This document shows, piece after piece, positions 6,480-13,987 of a stretch of 45,657 nt of DNA. The stretch spans positions 1 through 45,657 of the IMG/VR virus record IMGVR_UViG_3300044971_001645; one strand, given 5' to 3'. Source of the DNA: a virus. Lineage: Duplodnaviria; Caudoviricetes. Every line of letters starts with the position of its first letter. Position 1 is the stretch's first letter. The position numbers were made by a program, and so were the translations under genes. A model generated the notes under the pieces. That model had not been told where the DNA came from, ran no database searches, and was given only the letters and a program-made list of their open reading frames with translations.

Positions 6480-8890
6480 CAGTCCCACATCCGTGCGGCT
6501 TCCTGCATCAGCTGCGCCAGCTCCTCCGGCGAGCGTTCTTCCCTTGGGGATACCTCCAAAACGTGTCCAACTGGGGCAGATCCGTTGGTATCACTGGGAA
6601 AAGCAGCTGGACAAGGGGTAGGGGTGTCCAGGTGGTTGTCCAGCCGCTCCAAGCGAGCTGGACACGAGCTGGACACCTCAGGGGGTTGTCCAGCTGTACT
6701 TTCCAGTTCCTCACTGGGTTTTGCCCCAGTTGGACAACTATTTAGAGACTTTTCACGCGAGATCAAAGCTTGGTACGCAGGCATGGGAGAACCACCCCCC
6801 TTGTTGGGACGTGTTTCAGCCACCCAAACCAAACCACGAGACACCAAGCGCTGGGTCGCCTTGGTAATTCCGGCAACGCTTCCACCACAGAGAGGATCAG
6901 CAGCCAGCTCTGAGCGGGTCACAGAGCGCGGATAGGCCGCCCTGATGCGCTGGAGCACCCGATCCACCACAGAAGCCGGTTCAGCGTCACCTGCGTCCGT
7001 CTCTACGTAGTCCGTTAACGAGAACGTCAGATCGTTCTCCAGCTTCATCAGCAGCTTGCTGCCATCCCGCCCAGCCCTGGATTTCTCAACAGTGATCAGA
7101 CGGGCATTGGAGCCGGTCTGAGCCACCTGCTGGGGCGTAGGCCGCCGCAATCCCCACACCTCATCCACAGCGTCTCTGATGGCGGTAGAGCCTCGGAAGC
7201 CACCGGTTTTGTTGGCGTGGTGGATCAGCAGGATCGTGCAGGCGGGGAAGGTCCGTCCGTTGTTGTTCGCCAGCCAGTAGATCGGGCTCGCAAACTCTTT
7301 TTTGTTTTCGTCAAACGCCGAACCCCTGCTGCAACCCGTTATCGAGTCAATGATCACAAGTTTTGGTGTGTGTTTTTCAATCAGCTGCTTAAAGCGGTAG
7401 TACCAGTTCAGATCCCAACCCATCACAACGGTCACCGGATCTGATGGCCGAAACTCCAGATCCCGCAGTTGCTGCTGGACCTGCACTTCGCTTTGATCGC
7501 CGTTCAGGATGAGCACAGGCCCCGCTTCAACCGGAACCAAGTCCCCACGCACAGAAAACGGAATCCCACGCGCCACATGCTTGGCAAGCGTCCAAGCGGA
7601 CATAGATTTTCCATCACCACCAGCGCCGTGGATCATCACGGTGCCTGGGCACGGCAGCAGATCGGGAATTAGATACTCAAACTTCAGATCCTTCTCCAGC
7701 AACCTGTTCAACGTCATCTCATCGTCCTGCTGCTCGTACTGCATTTGGGCGATCAAGATGCGCTCAAGCGCCCCGGCGTCACGGTATCCGCCTTCCAATG
7801 CCAACACGTTCATGGCATGGGATGCCTCAGCCGTATTGCGCATTTCTTGGATCGCTTTGGCCCGTTTAATCAGCTCGGCATAGGAAATAGTTACCTGTCT
7901 AAAGCGGGTGACGTTATCGCCCTCAGCAGTCTCAACAACCTTCCGCAGATCCTCCGAAAGCCAAAGCCGCCCCGGCATCTGCTGGTCCGCCATCCAGAAG
8001 AGCGTCCCAAGACTCACCGGCCCCTTCCGAAAGGACTTCCACGCTGGTTCGCAGGGGTTCCCTTCAGCCCAATCCTGTGAAAATTCGGGGTCTTCTGCAG
8101 ACCAAGCCGACCAAAGCGTCAAACCAAGGTCAGTCGGCAACTCCGAGTGGATCGCCATCCCCACCTTGACCCAGTGATCGCGGCTGCCAGCGCCCTGCCC
8201 TGGGATGACCTTCAACGCGGACTGAATGATCTCAGCCACCTCAGCCGGGTCTCGATCCGAGAAATCCAGCGCCTTGCGATTGCGAATGAAGCCGGCATCC
8301 TCAACACCTTTGCCAGCACGGTCCTTCATTTCGGCGATCAGCCAATCAGGAGCCTCTGGAATCGCCTCCAGGTCGCCTTCAAAGCCGTATTGACCAGCCG
8401 GAGCCTTCCCATCACTGGAGCCCGGATAAGCCCCGTACAGGACGCCCTGACGGCCCCAGAGCACCTCATACCCAGCGCCGGTATCACTCAGCCCAAACCC
8501 CTGCACAGAGCCCCACAGAGCCTCTGGGACGCGGAACAGGTATTTAGCGGCGTTGGCTTTCGTCGACGTGATGACTGGAGCACCCTCCAGCGACTCGCCC
8601 CACTTCTTTTTGAGACGGCTGAGATTGCGGTCCACGTCAAGAATCACGAGACCCTTACTGCGACCGCCGGTAAAGACCCCAACCGCTTGGAACACATCAG
8701 GCTTGCGCTCGATCTGCAGCGCCACGTCTGCAGGCGTCATCACGTTGTCCAGCGCCTGCTTTGTCGGCGTCTTGCCCTTACTGATTGGACCCGAGGGAAG
8801 TTGCTGCCCCTTGGCGTAGATCGGGGCATACGCAAACCCCACAGGCAGCTGGCGCACAAACGCCAGTAGCTCTTGCGTCTTACTAGACAC
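6479..8890 (-). CDS. Primase-polymerase / PriCT-2 / RecA-like (AAA_25, SF4-type) helicase
   Basis: N-terminal prim-pol (GVFTG...LVILDVD), PriCT-2 (RDHWVKVGMAIH...WSAWS), Walker A GAGGDGKS, Walker B VIIDS, LIHHANK, GSTAI, KSR. Confidence 0.92.
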   Translation of the reverse strand: MSSKTQELLAFVRQLPVGFAYAPIYAKGQQLPSGPISKGKTPTKQALDNVMTPADVALQIERKPDVFQAVGVFTGGRSKGLVILDVDRNLSRLKKKWGESLEGAPVITSTKANAAKYLFRVPEALWGSVQGFGLSDTGAGYEVLWGRQGVLYGAYPGSSDGKAPAGQYGFEGDLEAIPEAPDWLIAEMKDRAGKGVEDAGFIRNRKALDFSDRDPAEVAEIIQSALKVIPGQGAGSRDHWVKVGMAIHSELPTDLGLTLWSAWSAEDPEFSQDWAEGNPCEPAWKSFRKGPVSLGTLFWMADQQMPGRLWLSEDLRKVVETAEGDNVTRFRQVTISYAELIKRAKAIQEMRNTAEASHAMNVLALEGGYRDAGALERILIAQMQYEQQDDEMTLNRLLEKDLKFEYLIPDLLPCPGTVMIHGAGGDGKSMSAWTLAKHVARGIPFSVRGDLVPVEAGPVLILNGDQSEVQVQQQLRDLEFRPSDPVTVVMGWDLNWYYRFKQLIEKHTPKLVIIDSITGCSRGSAFDENKKEFASPIYWLANNNGRTFPACTILLIHHANKTGGFRGSTAIRDAVDEVWGLRRPTPQQVAQTGSNARLITVEKSRAGRDGSKLLMKLENDLTFSLTDYVETDAGDAEPASVVDRVLQRIRAAYPRSVTRSELAADPLCGGSVAGITKATQRLVSRGLVWVAETRPNKGGGSPMPAYQALISREKSLNSCPTGAKPSEELESTAGQPPEVSSSCPARLERLDNHLDTPTPCPAAFPSDTNGSAPVGHVLEVSPREERSPEELAQLMQEAARMWD

Positions 8891-8922
8891 GTTGTTAGAC
8901 TCCTACAGGAATGTTTGACCCG

Positions 8923-8956
8923 CGCCTCACAGCCTTCTGGCCGTGGGGCGTTTTTT
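8923..8956 (+). terminator. Hairpin + T-run in the divergent intergenic region
   Basis: CGCCTCAC...GTGGGGCG stem followed by TTTTTT. No plus-strand gene lies upstream, so it may instead be 5'-UTR structure of the primase mRNA. Confidence 0.45.
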
Positions 8957-8957
8957 C

Positions 8958-8990
8958 ATGGTAGCCAGCCAGTCAATCCCGTGTTACTGT
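8958..8990. promoter_or_regulatory. Overlapping divergent promoters (minus: TTGACT-N7-TACCAT; plus: TAGCCA-N17-TACTGT with TGn)
   Basis: Located between divergently transcribed primase-helicase and SSB genes. Confidence 0.5.
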
Positions 8991-9033
8991 GTTAGACGTT
9001 GCCCTTGGGCGACCATCCAAAAGCACCAACACA

Positions 9034-9615
9034 ATGGCTTTCCTTTCCAAAACCGCTTCCGCAGCAGTCAGCTCTAATGCCACAGGCGGCGGCTACCTCA
9101 GCCTCAGCAAACTGCCCGACGGCGGCTCCGTCCGCTTCGCCCTACTCACCGACGAGCCTCTGGAGTTCTACGAGTCCTGGGGCCAGTCCAACGGAGCTAG
9201 CAAGCCCTTCCGTTTCGACTTCGAGCCCACCTACGAGGACGTGGTTGCCGAGATGGGCGACTACGAGCCCCGCGAAGGACGCGGAGGCCCCGGCACCGCA
9301 GACGTGAAGTTCGCCATCGCCTGCCCGGTTTACAACTACGAGTCCGGCAAAGTCCAAGTCCTGCAGATCACCCAAAAGTCCATCCTCAAGGAAATCGACC
9401 AGATCTCCCAGATGGAGGACTACGAAAACCTGCTGGAGTGGGACTTCACCATCGGCAAAAAGGGCTCGGGCCTGCTGACTGAGTACACAGTGCGCCCCGT
9501 TCCCCGCAAAAAGGGCAGCCAAGAGCACATCGACGCCGCCTGGCTGGAAGCCAAGGCCGAAGGCTTCGACATCACCCGCCTGCTCACCGGAGGCAACCCC
9601 TTTAAGGCCGCCTGA
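9034..9615 (+). CDS. Single-stranded DNA-binding protein (gp32-like OB fold)
   Basis: GGGYL.L.DG.SVRF, VYNYE..KVQVLQITQKSI, WDFTI.K.GSGL.TEY.V.P, GGNPF; located between primase and exonuclease. Confidence 0.78.
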   Translation: MAFLSKTASAAVSSNATGGGYLSLSKLPDGGSVRFALLTDEPLEFYESWGQSNGASKPFRFDFEPTYEDVVAEMGDYEPREGRGGPGTADVKFAIACPVYNYESGKVQVLQITQKSILKEIDQISQMEDYENLLEWDFTIGKKGSGLLTEYTVRPVPRKKGSQEHIDAAWLEAKAEGFDITRLLTGGNPFKAA

Positions 9616-9908
9616 TGGAAAACGCCGATTTCCTGGAGCGAATTGCGGTAGAACTTCACGAGATTCATACGACGTTTAACGTCCGCATGGATCAAATGGA
9701 AGACGTACTAATACCATCCGGCGATCCTGTCGATTGTTCTATTTACCGTTTCGGCGATTTTGAAGACGTTGGCACTGGAGCACAAGCCAGATTTGGTCTG
9801 TGTCGCAGGTACGCACCTCGTCCTACAGATGATCCAAACAGTATTCGGTGGCCTTCTGTACGGCCAACTGACTACTGCGGTGACGGCATCGCACGTCTGG
9901 ATTATTAG
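9615..9908 (+). CDS. Cys-containing hypothetical protein
   Basis: TGATG coupling; GLCRRYAP...WPSV...DYCGD motif. Confidence 0.7.
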   Translation: MENADFLERIAVELHEIHTTFNVRMDQMEDVLIPSGDPVDCSIYRFGDFEDVGTGAQARFGLCRRYAPRPTDDPNSIRWPSVRPTDYCGDGIARLDY

Positions 9909-9923
9909 AACGCTCAGTACACC

Positions 9924-9949
9924 GCCCCGCCATAGCGCGGGGCTTTTTT
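9924..9949 (+). terminator. Rho-independent terminator
   Basis: GCCCCGC-loop-GCGGGGC followed by T6. Confidence 0.8.
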
Positions 9950-9982
9950 AGTGGTATTATCAGATTGGGAAAGAATAACTAA

Positions 9983-10825
9983 ATGGCCTCCAACACCCAA
10001 GACACGCTGGCAGGACTGCGTAAGTGGAGGCTGGAGCAAGACAATTCAGGCCCCTTCCGGGTCTACCGCGACATCAACGGCAATATCTACCATAGTGTTA
10101 CACACATCCTGAAGGAAACCAGCGACAAGACCGGACTGGAACGTTGGGAAGCCCGCCTGGGCCCAATCGAAGCCACTCAACAACGCAATGTTGCCGCCAC
10201 CCGAGGCAACATGGCCCATTCACAGGCTGAATACCTACTCAAGACCTCAATGCAGCTGGCGCGATCCACTGCAAACAAGCGCAATTCAATCCGCTGGGAC
10301 GAACAAGGTCTGGCGCGTATCCCGGCCCCGATCACGCAATGGGCACTCAAGCGGGTAAGACCCAATGTCCCCCGAGTTGGCTGGAGCGCTTCCGGCTACG
10401 CCCGCAGCTTGTCTAACTGGATCGCCGAGAACGTCACCGAAATTTTTGCAAGTGAATTTTCCATTCATCATCCTGCGGGTTTCGCTGGAACGTGCGACGC
10501 CTTAGTTGGAATGAAAAATAACGAGCTGGTACTAGCGGACTGGAAGACGAGCGTTGGCCGCAAAACCAAGACCGACGATGAAGGACTGGAACGCCTACCG
10601 CCCGGCCATTCATACATCGATCAATGTGGCGCCTACAGCCTCGGCCTAAAGCACCTAACCGGCCTCAAACCGACTGGAGCAGCCATCGTCTTGGCACGCC
10701 GCTGCGGCACCCCCAACATCCACTACATGTCGGCTCGTGAACTCGCCGACGCTGAGTGCTCGTTCCTCGCACGAGTGGAACAGTATTTCGACAACCTTCA
10801 AAAAGCCATTCATGCCTCGGCCTAA
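9983..10825 (+). CDS. PD-(D/E)XK exonuclease (Cas4/lambda-exo/MGME1-like fold)
   Basis: YHSVTHIL, RGNMAH, SEF..H, AGTCDAL, LADWKTS and QCGAY motifs; no four-Cys Fe-S ligand set evident. Confidence 0.88.
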   Translation: MASNTQDTLAGLRKWRLEQDNSGPFRVYRDINGNIYHSVTHILKETSDKTGLERWEARLGPIEATQQRNVAATRGNMAHSQAEYLLKTSMQLARSTANKRNSIRWDEQGLARIPAPITQWALKRVRPNVPRVGWSASGYARSLSNWIAENVTEIFASEFSIHHPAGFAGTCDALVGMKNNELVLADWKTSVGRKTKTDDEGLERLPPGHSYIDQCGAYSLGLKHLTGLKPTGAAIVLARRCGTPNIHYMSARELADAECSFLARVEQYFDNLQKAIHASA

Positions 10826-10909
10826 AAAGCCATTCATGTCTCGGCCTAACGGCCTCGACGAAAAGCCATTCATAACTGGATCGCCATTCATATTGTTTCG
10901 GCCATTCAT
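10801..10909 (+). repeat. Cluster of five direct GCCATTCAT 9-mers (candidate iterons/origin)
   Basis: Copies at 10805, 10829, 10865, 10883 and 10901; the first two lie in a 24-bp tandem duplication AAAAGCCATTCATG(C/T)CTCGGCCTA. Confidence 0.9.
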
Positions 10910-11082
10910 GCTGCCTATAGCTGGAACGTATTGCCTGGAACGCCAATACCTACTCCTTACGGGAGTTTCAAGTGAGTCTCAAGGTGAGACACCCTTAGGA
11001 CAGAGTCAGAGGCTAGGTAAAAGTACCTAGTCCCGGATACGGCAATGCCCCAGACCTAGGGCAGGCTGGGGCGTGCTCACCC

Positions 11083-11493
11083 CTACGGGGTTCGCACCTT
11101 GCGTGGGGTGTAACTGGCGCGAGGCTTGCCCTTATCGGTCCTGGGCTTGCGTGGGGCGTTTGCGGGTTTGCGGGTCGTCGGTGTTGTGCGCGCGTTTTTT
11201 GCACTTAATTTCAAGCCTTCAGGCATCAGCTCACTGGGGCAATGGCTGCCCCCGTTGCGAGCTTGGCACTGATTCCAATAGGGCACGCAAGACTCCCAAA
11301 GCTCGCGGATGCCCTCTTTACCGTGCATCTGGTGCAGCTTCAGGAAGTCCTGCCACTCCTCGGGTGACAGGGTGGAACGTTCCGCGCAATACCGCAAATC
11401 TCTGAGGGCCCGCTTCTCTTGGCGGATGATCTCGCGTTCCTGCTCGCGAGCTTCCCTTGCTAGTTGCTGGCGTTCCTTTTGACTGGTGAACAT
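11083..11493 (-). CDS. Hypothetical protein with basic C-terminal tail (RKPRTDKGKPR)
   Basis: 136 aa with a coiled-coil N-terminus and a candidate promoter at 11519-11537. Confidence 0.75.
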   Translation of the reverse strand: MFTSQKERQQLAREAREQEREIIRQEKRALRDLRYCAERSTLSPEEWQDFLKLHQMHGKEGIRELWESCVPYWNQCQARNGGSHCPSELMPEGLKLSAKNARTTPTTRKPANAPRKPRTDKGKPRASYTPRKVRTP

Positions 11494-11631
11494 TGGCTGA
11501 TGGTGAGCCTCGCGTCACACAGTAGCGCAACGGTCAACCCCTGCCGGCCACGTTACTAAGTGTAACAAGAGCAATGGGTAACGGCTGGTGCGTCGATAGG
11601 ATTGCGGGCGAACACCTAGGGGCACCCTCCC

Positions 11632-12243
11632 ATGGCACAAACAAAAGCATCGCCGGCACTGCTGGAACGGATCGACCGCCTCTCGGGCTGTCAAGGGCAT
11701 TGGGTCCTGATCCGGGACGGCGAACCAGAAACCGACTGCAGCCACCAATGGCACCAGGACCACACAGCCCACCTCGCTACATGCCTGGCCGAGCACTGGC
11801 GCGGTGTTTCTCTCGGTTTTGTTCCGTCCTACTGCGGTTATAGCGACTACAGCAACACCGGGCTGGTGGGGCTGTCCAACTATCGGGTGCTCACCGATCC
11901 TGCCAGCACACCCGACCCTCACGGCGGGATCCTAGAGGTCGGCTACGGCTGGAACGGTCGCGGCGTCGTGCTGGACCTTTTGCGGGTTCCGGCTGATGTG
12001 CTCGAAACGGTCGAAGCCTTGGAGTCCTATCCGCTCATCTCTGAAGATGATCACAGCGAGCTCGAAACCGAAGCCGTCCTATCGGTCTGGAACGGTGACA
12101 GCATCCGCGAACGAGTCCGCACCTTGCAGGATCTAGGGCTGTGTGTGTTTGCGGCCCGCCGTGACTCCGCACCGTGGGAGCTGCAGCCGCTGTGGGACTC
12201 AATCCTGGATTGCTGCAACCAGTATCCGACCGCTAACGCTTGA
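11632..12243 (+). CDS. Hypothetical early protein (YPLISEDDHSELE motif)
   Basis: 203 aa with typical protein composition; TAGGAT -10-like element upstream. Confidence 0.8.
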   Translation: MAQTKASPALLERIDRLSGCQGHWVLIRDGEPETDCSHQWHQDHTAHLATCLAEHWRGVSLGFVPSYCGYSDYSNTGLVGLSNYRVLTDPASTPDPHGGILEVGYGWNGRGVVLDLLRVPADVLETVEALESYPLISEDDHSELETEAVLSVWNGDSIRERVRTLQDLGLCVFAARRDSAPWELQPLWDSILDCCNQYPTANA

Positions 12244-12268
12244 CCGCTGGCCCGGTCGGCTGTAATGT
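12240..12268 (+). promoter_or_regulatory. Sigma70-type promoter TTGACC-N17-TAATGT
   Basis: Canonical spacing; shares TTGACCGCTGGCC with 13371-13383. Confidence 0.65.
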
Positions 12269-12300
12269 ATTTCACGAGACCCAACCCATAGGCTCAAACC

Positions 12301-12567
12301 ATGGCTCAAACCTTCCACTGGACTGGCACACACGTTGATGGCTCTCGCGCTTGCGCGGTTGTGCGCTACGCGGGCGCGACCGATACCCGCGGCTCCCGCT
12401 GGCTCGCAACCATTAAGCGCGACGCCACCCATACCTGGCGTGGCACGGCTACGTTTGAAGAGGGTCCGATCACCGCTGCACTGCGGGCCGCTAGCAAGGC
12501 TGCTGTACAGTGGCAAGCCGTAACCTGTCACAGCATCGATCCCAATACCTACTGCGTGGGGTTCTGA
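12301..12567 (+). CDS. Hypothetical early protein
   Basis: 88 aa downstream of a promoter; GATDTRGSRW motif. Confidence 0.75.
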   Translation: MAQTFHWTGTHVDGSRACAVVRYAGATDTRGSRWLATIKRDATHTWRGTATFEEGPITAALRAASKAAVQWQAVTCHSIDPNTYCVGF

Positions 12568-12569
12568 TC

Positions 12570-12803
12570 ATGCTTTGGAATGTAGAACTGACTGATACCT
12601 TCGCCGGCGAGGCGAATTACAGCTGGGTGCGACGTGATCAACTGGAGCTACCGGCGGATGCGACCGATCGCCAGGTTGTGACGGCTGCCAAGGCTGCGCT
12701 AGGTCTGACTGGCCAGCGGTGCCGGCGCTTCGATTACGGCGAGGGCTTCGAGCTTCGCCCCTACGGATCCTGCACCGTTGCTTTTGTGCTGCCGTCTTAC
12801 TGA
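12570..12803 (+). CDS. Hypothetical protein (TDTFxGEANYSWV motif)
   Basis: 77 aa from ATG 12570, followed by a terminator. Confidence 0.75.
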   Translation: MLWNVELTDTFAGEANYSWVRRDQLELPADATDRQVVTAAKAALGLTGQRCRRFDYGEGFELRPYGSCTVAFVLPSY

Positions 12804-12824
12804 CTGGCACGCTCACCGATCAAC

Positions 12825-12850
12825 AGCCCGGCCAAACGGTCGGGCTTTTT
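12825..12850 (+). terminator. Rho-independent terminator
   Basis: AGCCCGGCC-AAAC-GGTCGGGCT followed by TTTT. Confidence 0.8.
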
Positions 12851-12918
12851 GCTGCGCGACCTACGGCCGCTTGCAAGGTACAACCTAAGATTGAACAAAA
12901 GCCTTGGAGTTTAAGACT

Positions 12919-13374
12919 GTGAGCGATCAACCGGAAGCTAACAACATGGCGCCGGATGATTCTCCGGAAGCTGTAAAGAAACAACGACCCTATGGGAAGC
13001 GCAATCCGGACGCTGTGATTGAAGAGCGCCGGAAGCGACTTTATCGCAGGCAACTTAGTGGTCTGCCGACTCGCCAGCTGGTTCTAGATCATGCTGATCG
13101 TGAAGGCATCGGCGAAATAACGGCCTGGCGCGATTGGGACGCTGTGAAACAGTGGAACGAGCAGGATTGGCAGAAGGATCGCGAGAGCATAGTTTCACGT
13201 CTTCAGGCTATGCGTATGCGCGCAATCGACGCTGCAATCCGGAAGGGTCAGATCGGCTCCGCTCAGTTGCTGATGCGAGACCTTGGGGCGGTCGTTGGAG
13301 AGGTCGCACCAGAAGCGCAGGCCGCTGCAGCGCCGACCCTCCAGATCACGGTGGAAGACAAGCGCCAGGGTTGA
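12919..13374 (+). CDS. Probable terminase small subunit
   Basis: About 151 aa, helical HTH-like core, C-terminal PTLQITVE beta strand, upstream of terL; GGAG precedes GTG 12919. Confidence 0.65.
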   Translation: MSDQPEANNMAPDDSPEAVKKQRPYGKRNPDAVIEERRKRLYRRQLSGLPTRQLVLDHADREGIGEITAWRDWDAVKQWNEQDWQKDRESIVSRLQAMRMRAIDAAIRKGQIGSAQLLMRDLGAVVGEVAPEAQAAAAPTLQITVEDKRQG

Positions 13375-13399
13375 CCGCTGGCCGCTAGTGTGCAACAAT
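13371..13399 (+). promoter_or_regulatory. Sigma70-type promoter TTGACC-N17-AACAAT with TGn extension
   Basis: The -35 contains the terS TGA stop; would drive the 13425 ORF. Confidence 0.6.
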
Positions 13400-13424
13400 G
13401 GGAGGCAAGCTAACCCAGCTCACC

Positions 13425-13568
13425 ATGCACCGCATCCACCTATTCGCCGTCCTACTGATCGGCGCTGGCGTCCTCGCTATGGGCGCCGACAACAGCCGCC
13501 AGCTGGCACGCTGCGAAGCTACCGGCCGCGGCCCGGCGGAGTGCCGGCTGCTGGTGCTCGGCCGCTAG
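13425..13568 (+). CDS. Small secreted/membrane protein, 47 aa (not in ORF track)
   Basis: MHRIHLFAVLLIGAGVLAMGADNSRQLARCEATGRGPAECRLLVLGR: signal-like N-terminus and a Cys pair. Confidence 0.65.
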   Translation: MHRIHLFAVLLIGAGVLAMGADNSRQLARCEATGRGPAECRLLVLGR

Positions 13569-13666
13569 GTTGTGACAGTAAAGGAACCGGTACAGATCCG
13601 GCGAATCTGCTCGCAATCCGGCTCCGGATGCTCTATTGTGTGAAAGTACATCAGGCACACCACGCC

Positions 13667-13834
13667 ATGACAACCGCTCCAACCCGCGCCACCAAAGCGC
13701 AACTCTGTGAAATCCTTAACGACACCATCGCCCAGCGCAACACCGCCCTGTACCAAGCACGCGAGCACCAAGAACAGGCGCAGACCGCTCTGATTATCGC
13801 CATCGTCGCCTTCTGCCTCGGCCTTCTCTTCTGA
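13667..13834 (+). CDS. Small coiled-coil protein with C-terminal transmembrane helix, 55 aa
   Basis: MTTAPTRATKAQL...ALIIAIVAFCLGLLF; candidate promoter TCGCAA-N17-TATTGT upstream and terminator downstream. Confidence 0.75.
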   Translation: MTTAPTRATKAQLCEILNDTIAQRNTALYQAREHQEQAQTALIIAIVAFCLGLLF

Positions 13835-13843
13835 TCCACACCG

Positions 13844-13868
13844 ACCGGGGGGCAACCTCCGGTTTTTT
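13844..13868 (+). terminator. Rho-independent terminator
   Basis: ACCGGGGG-GCAA-CCTCCGGT followed by a T run. Confidence 0.75.
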
Positions 13869-13987
13869 CGTGCGCGGTGCGGTGCCTAGGGAACCTACTG
13901 ACATAATCTCAATTCCTTCCTCTGTTACACACCGGGGGCAGGGGTTCAATTCCTGTAATACCCTAGAAAGTACCCTCCTACATAAAA

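Noticed and set aside
10801-10909. CRISPR or TIGR array next to a Cas4-like nuclease
   Set aside because: Repeats of 9 bp and spacers of 9-27 bp are too short and irregular for CRISPR, and no cas1/cas2 was seen. No Nop-domain (Tas) protein or alternating edge/loop repeats were seen for TIGR. Kept only as an unexplained repeat array.
10655-11030. MNG-, HEW- and KPF-repeat ORFs as real genes
   Set aside because: They overlap the exonuclease gene, lack clear RBSs and are explained by in-phase DNA repeats. Not listed as CDS, though not formally excluded.
13283-13666. N-terminal extension of the 183-aa ORF 13283-13834
   Set aside because: It overlaps terS and the 47-aa gene and crosses two promoter candidates; the real start is likely ATG 13667.
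13925-13960. tRNA suggested by GGTTCAATTCC
   Set aside because: Only a T-loop-like word is present; no acceptor stem, D arm or anticodon arm can be folded upstream.
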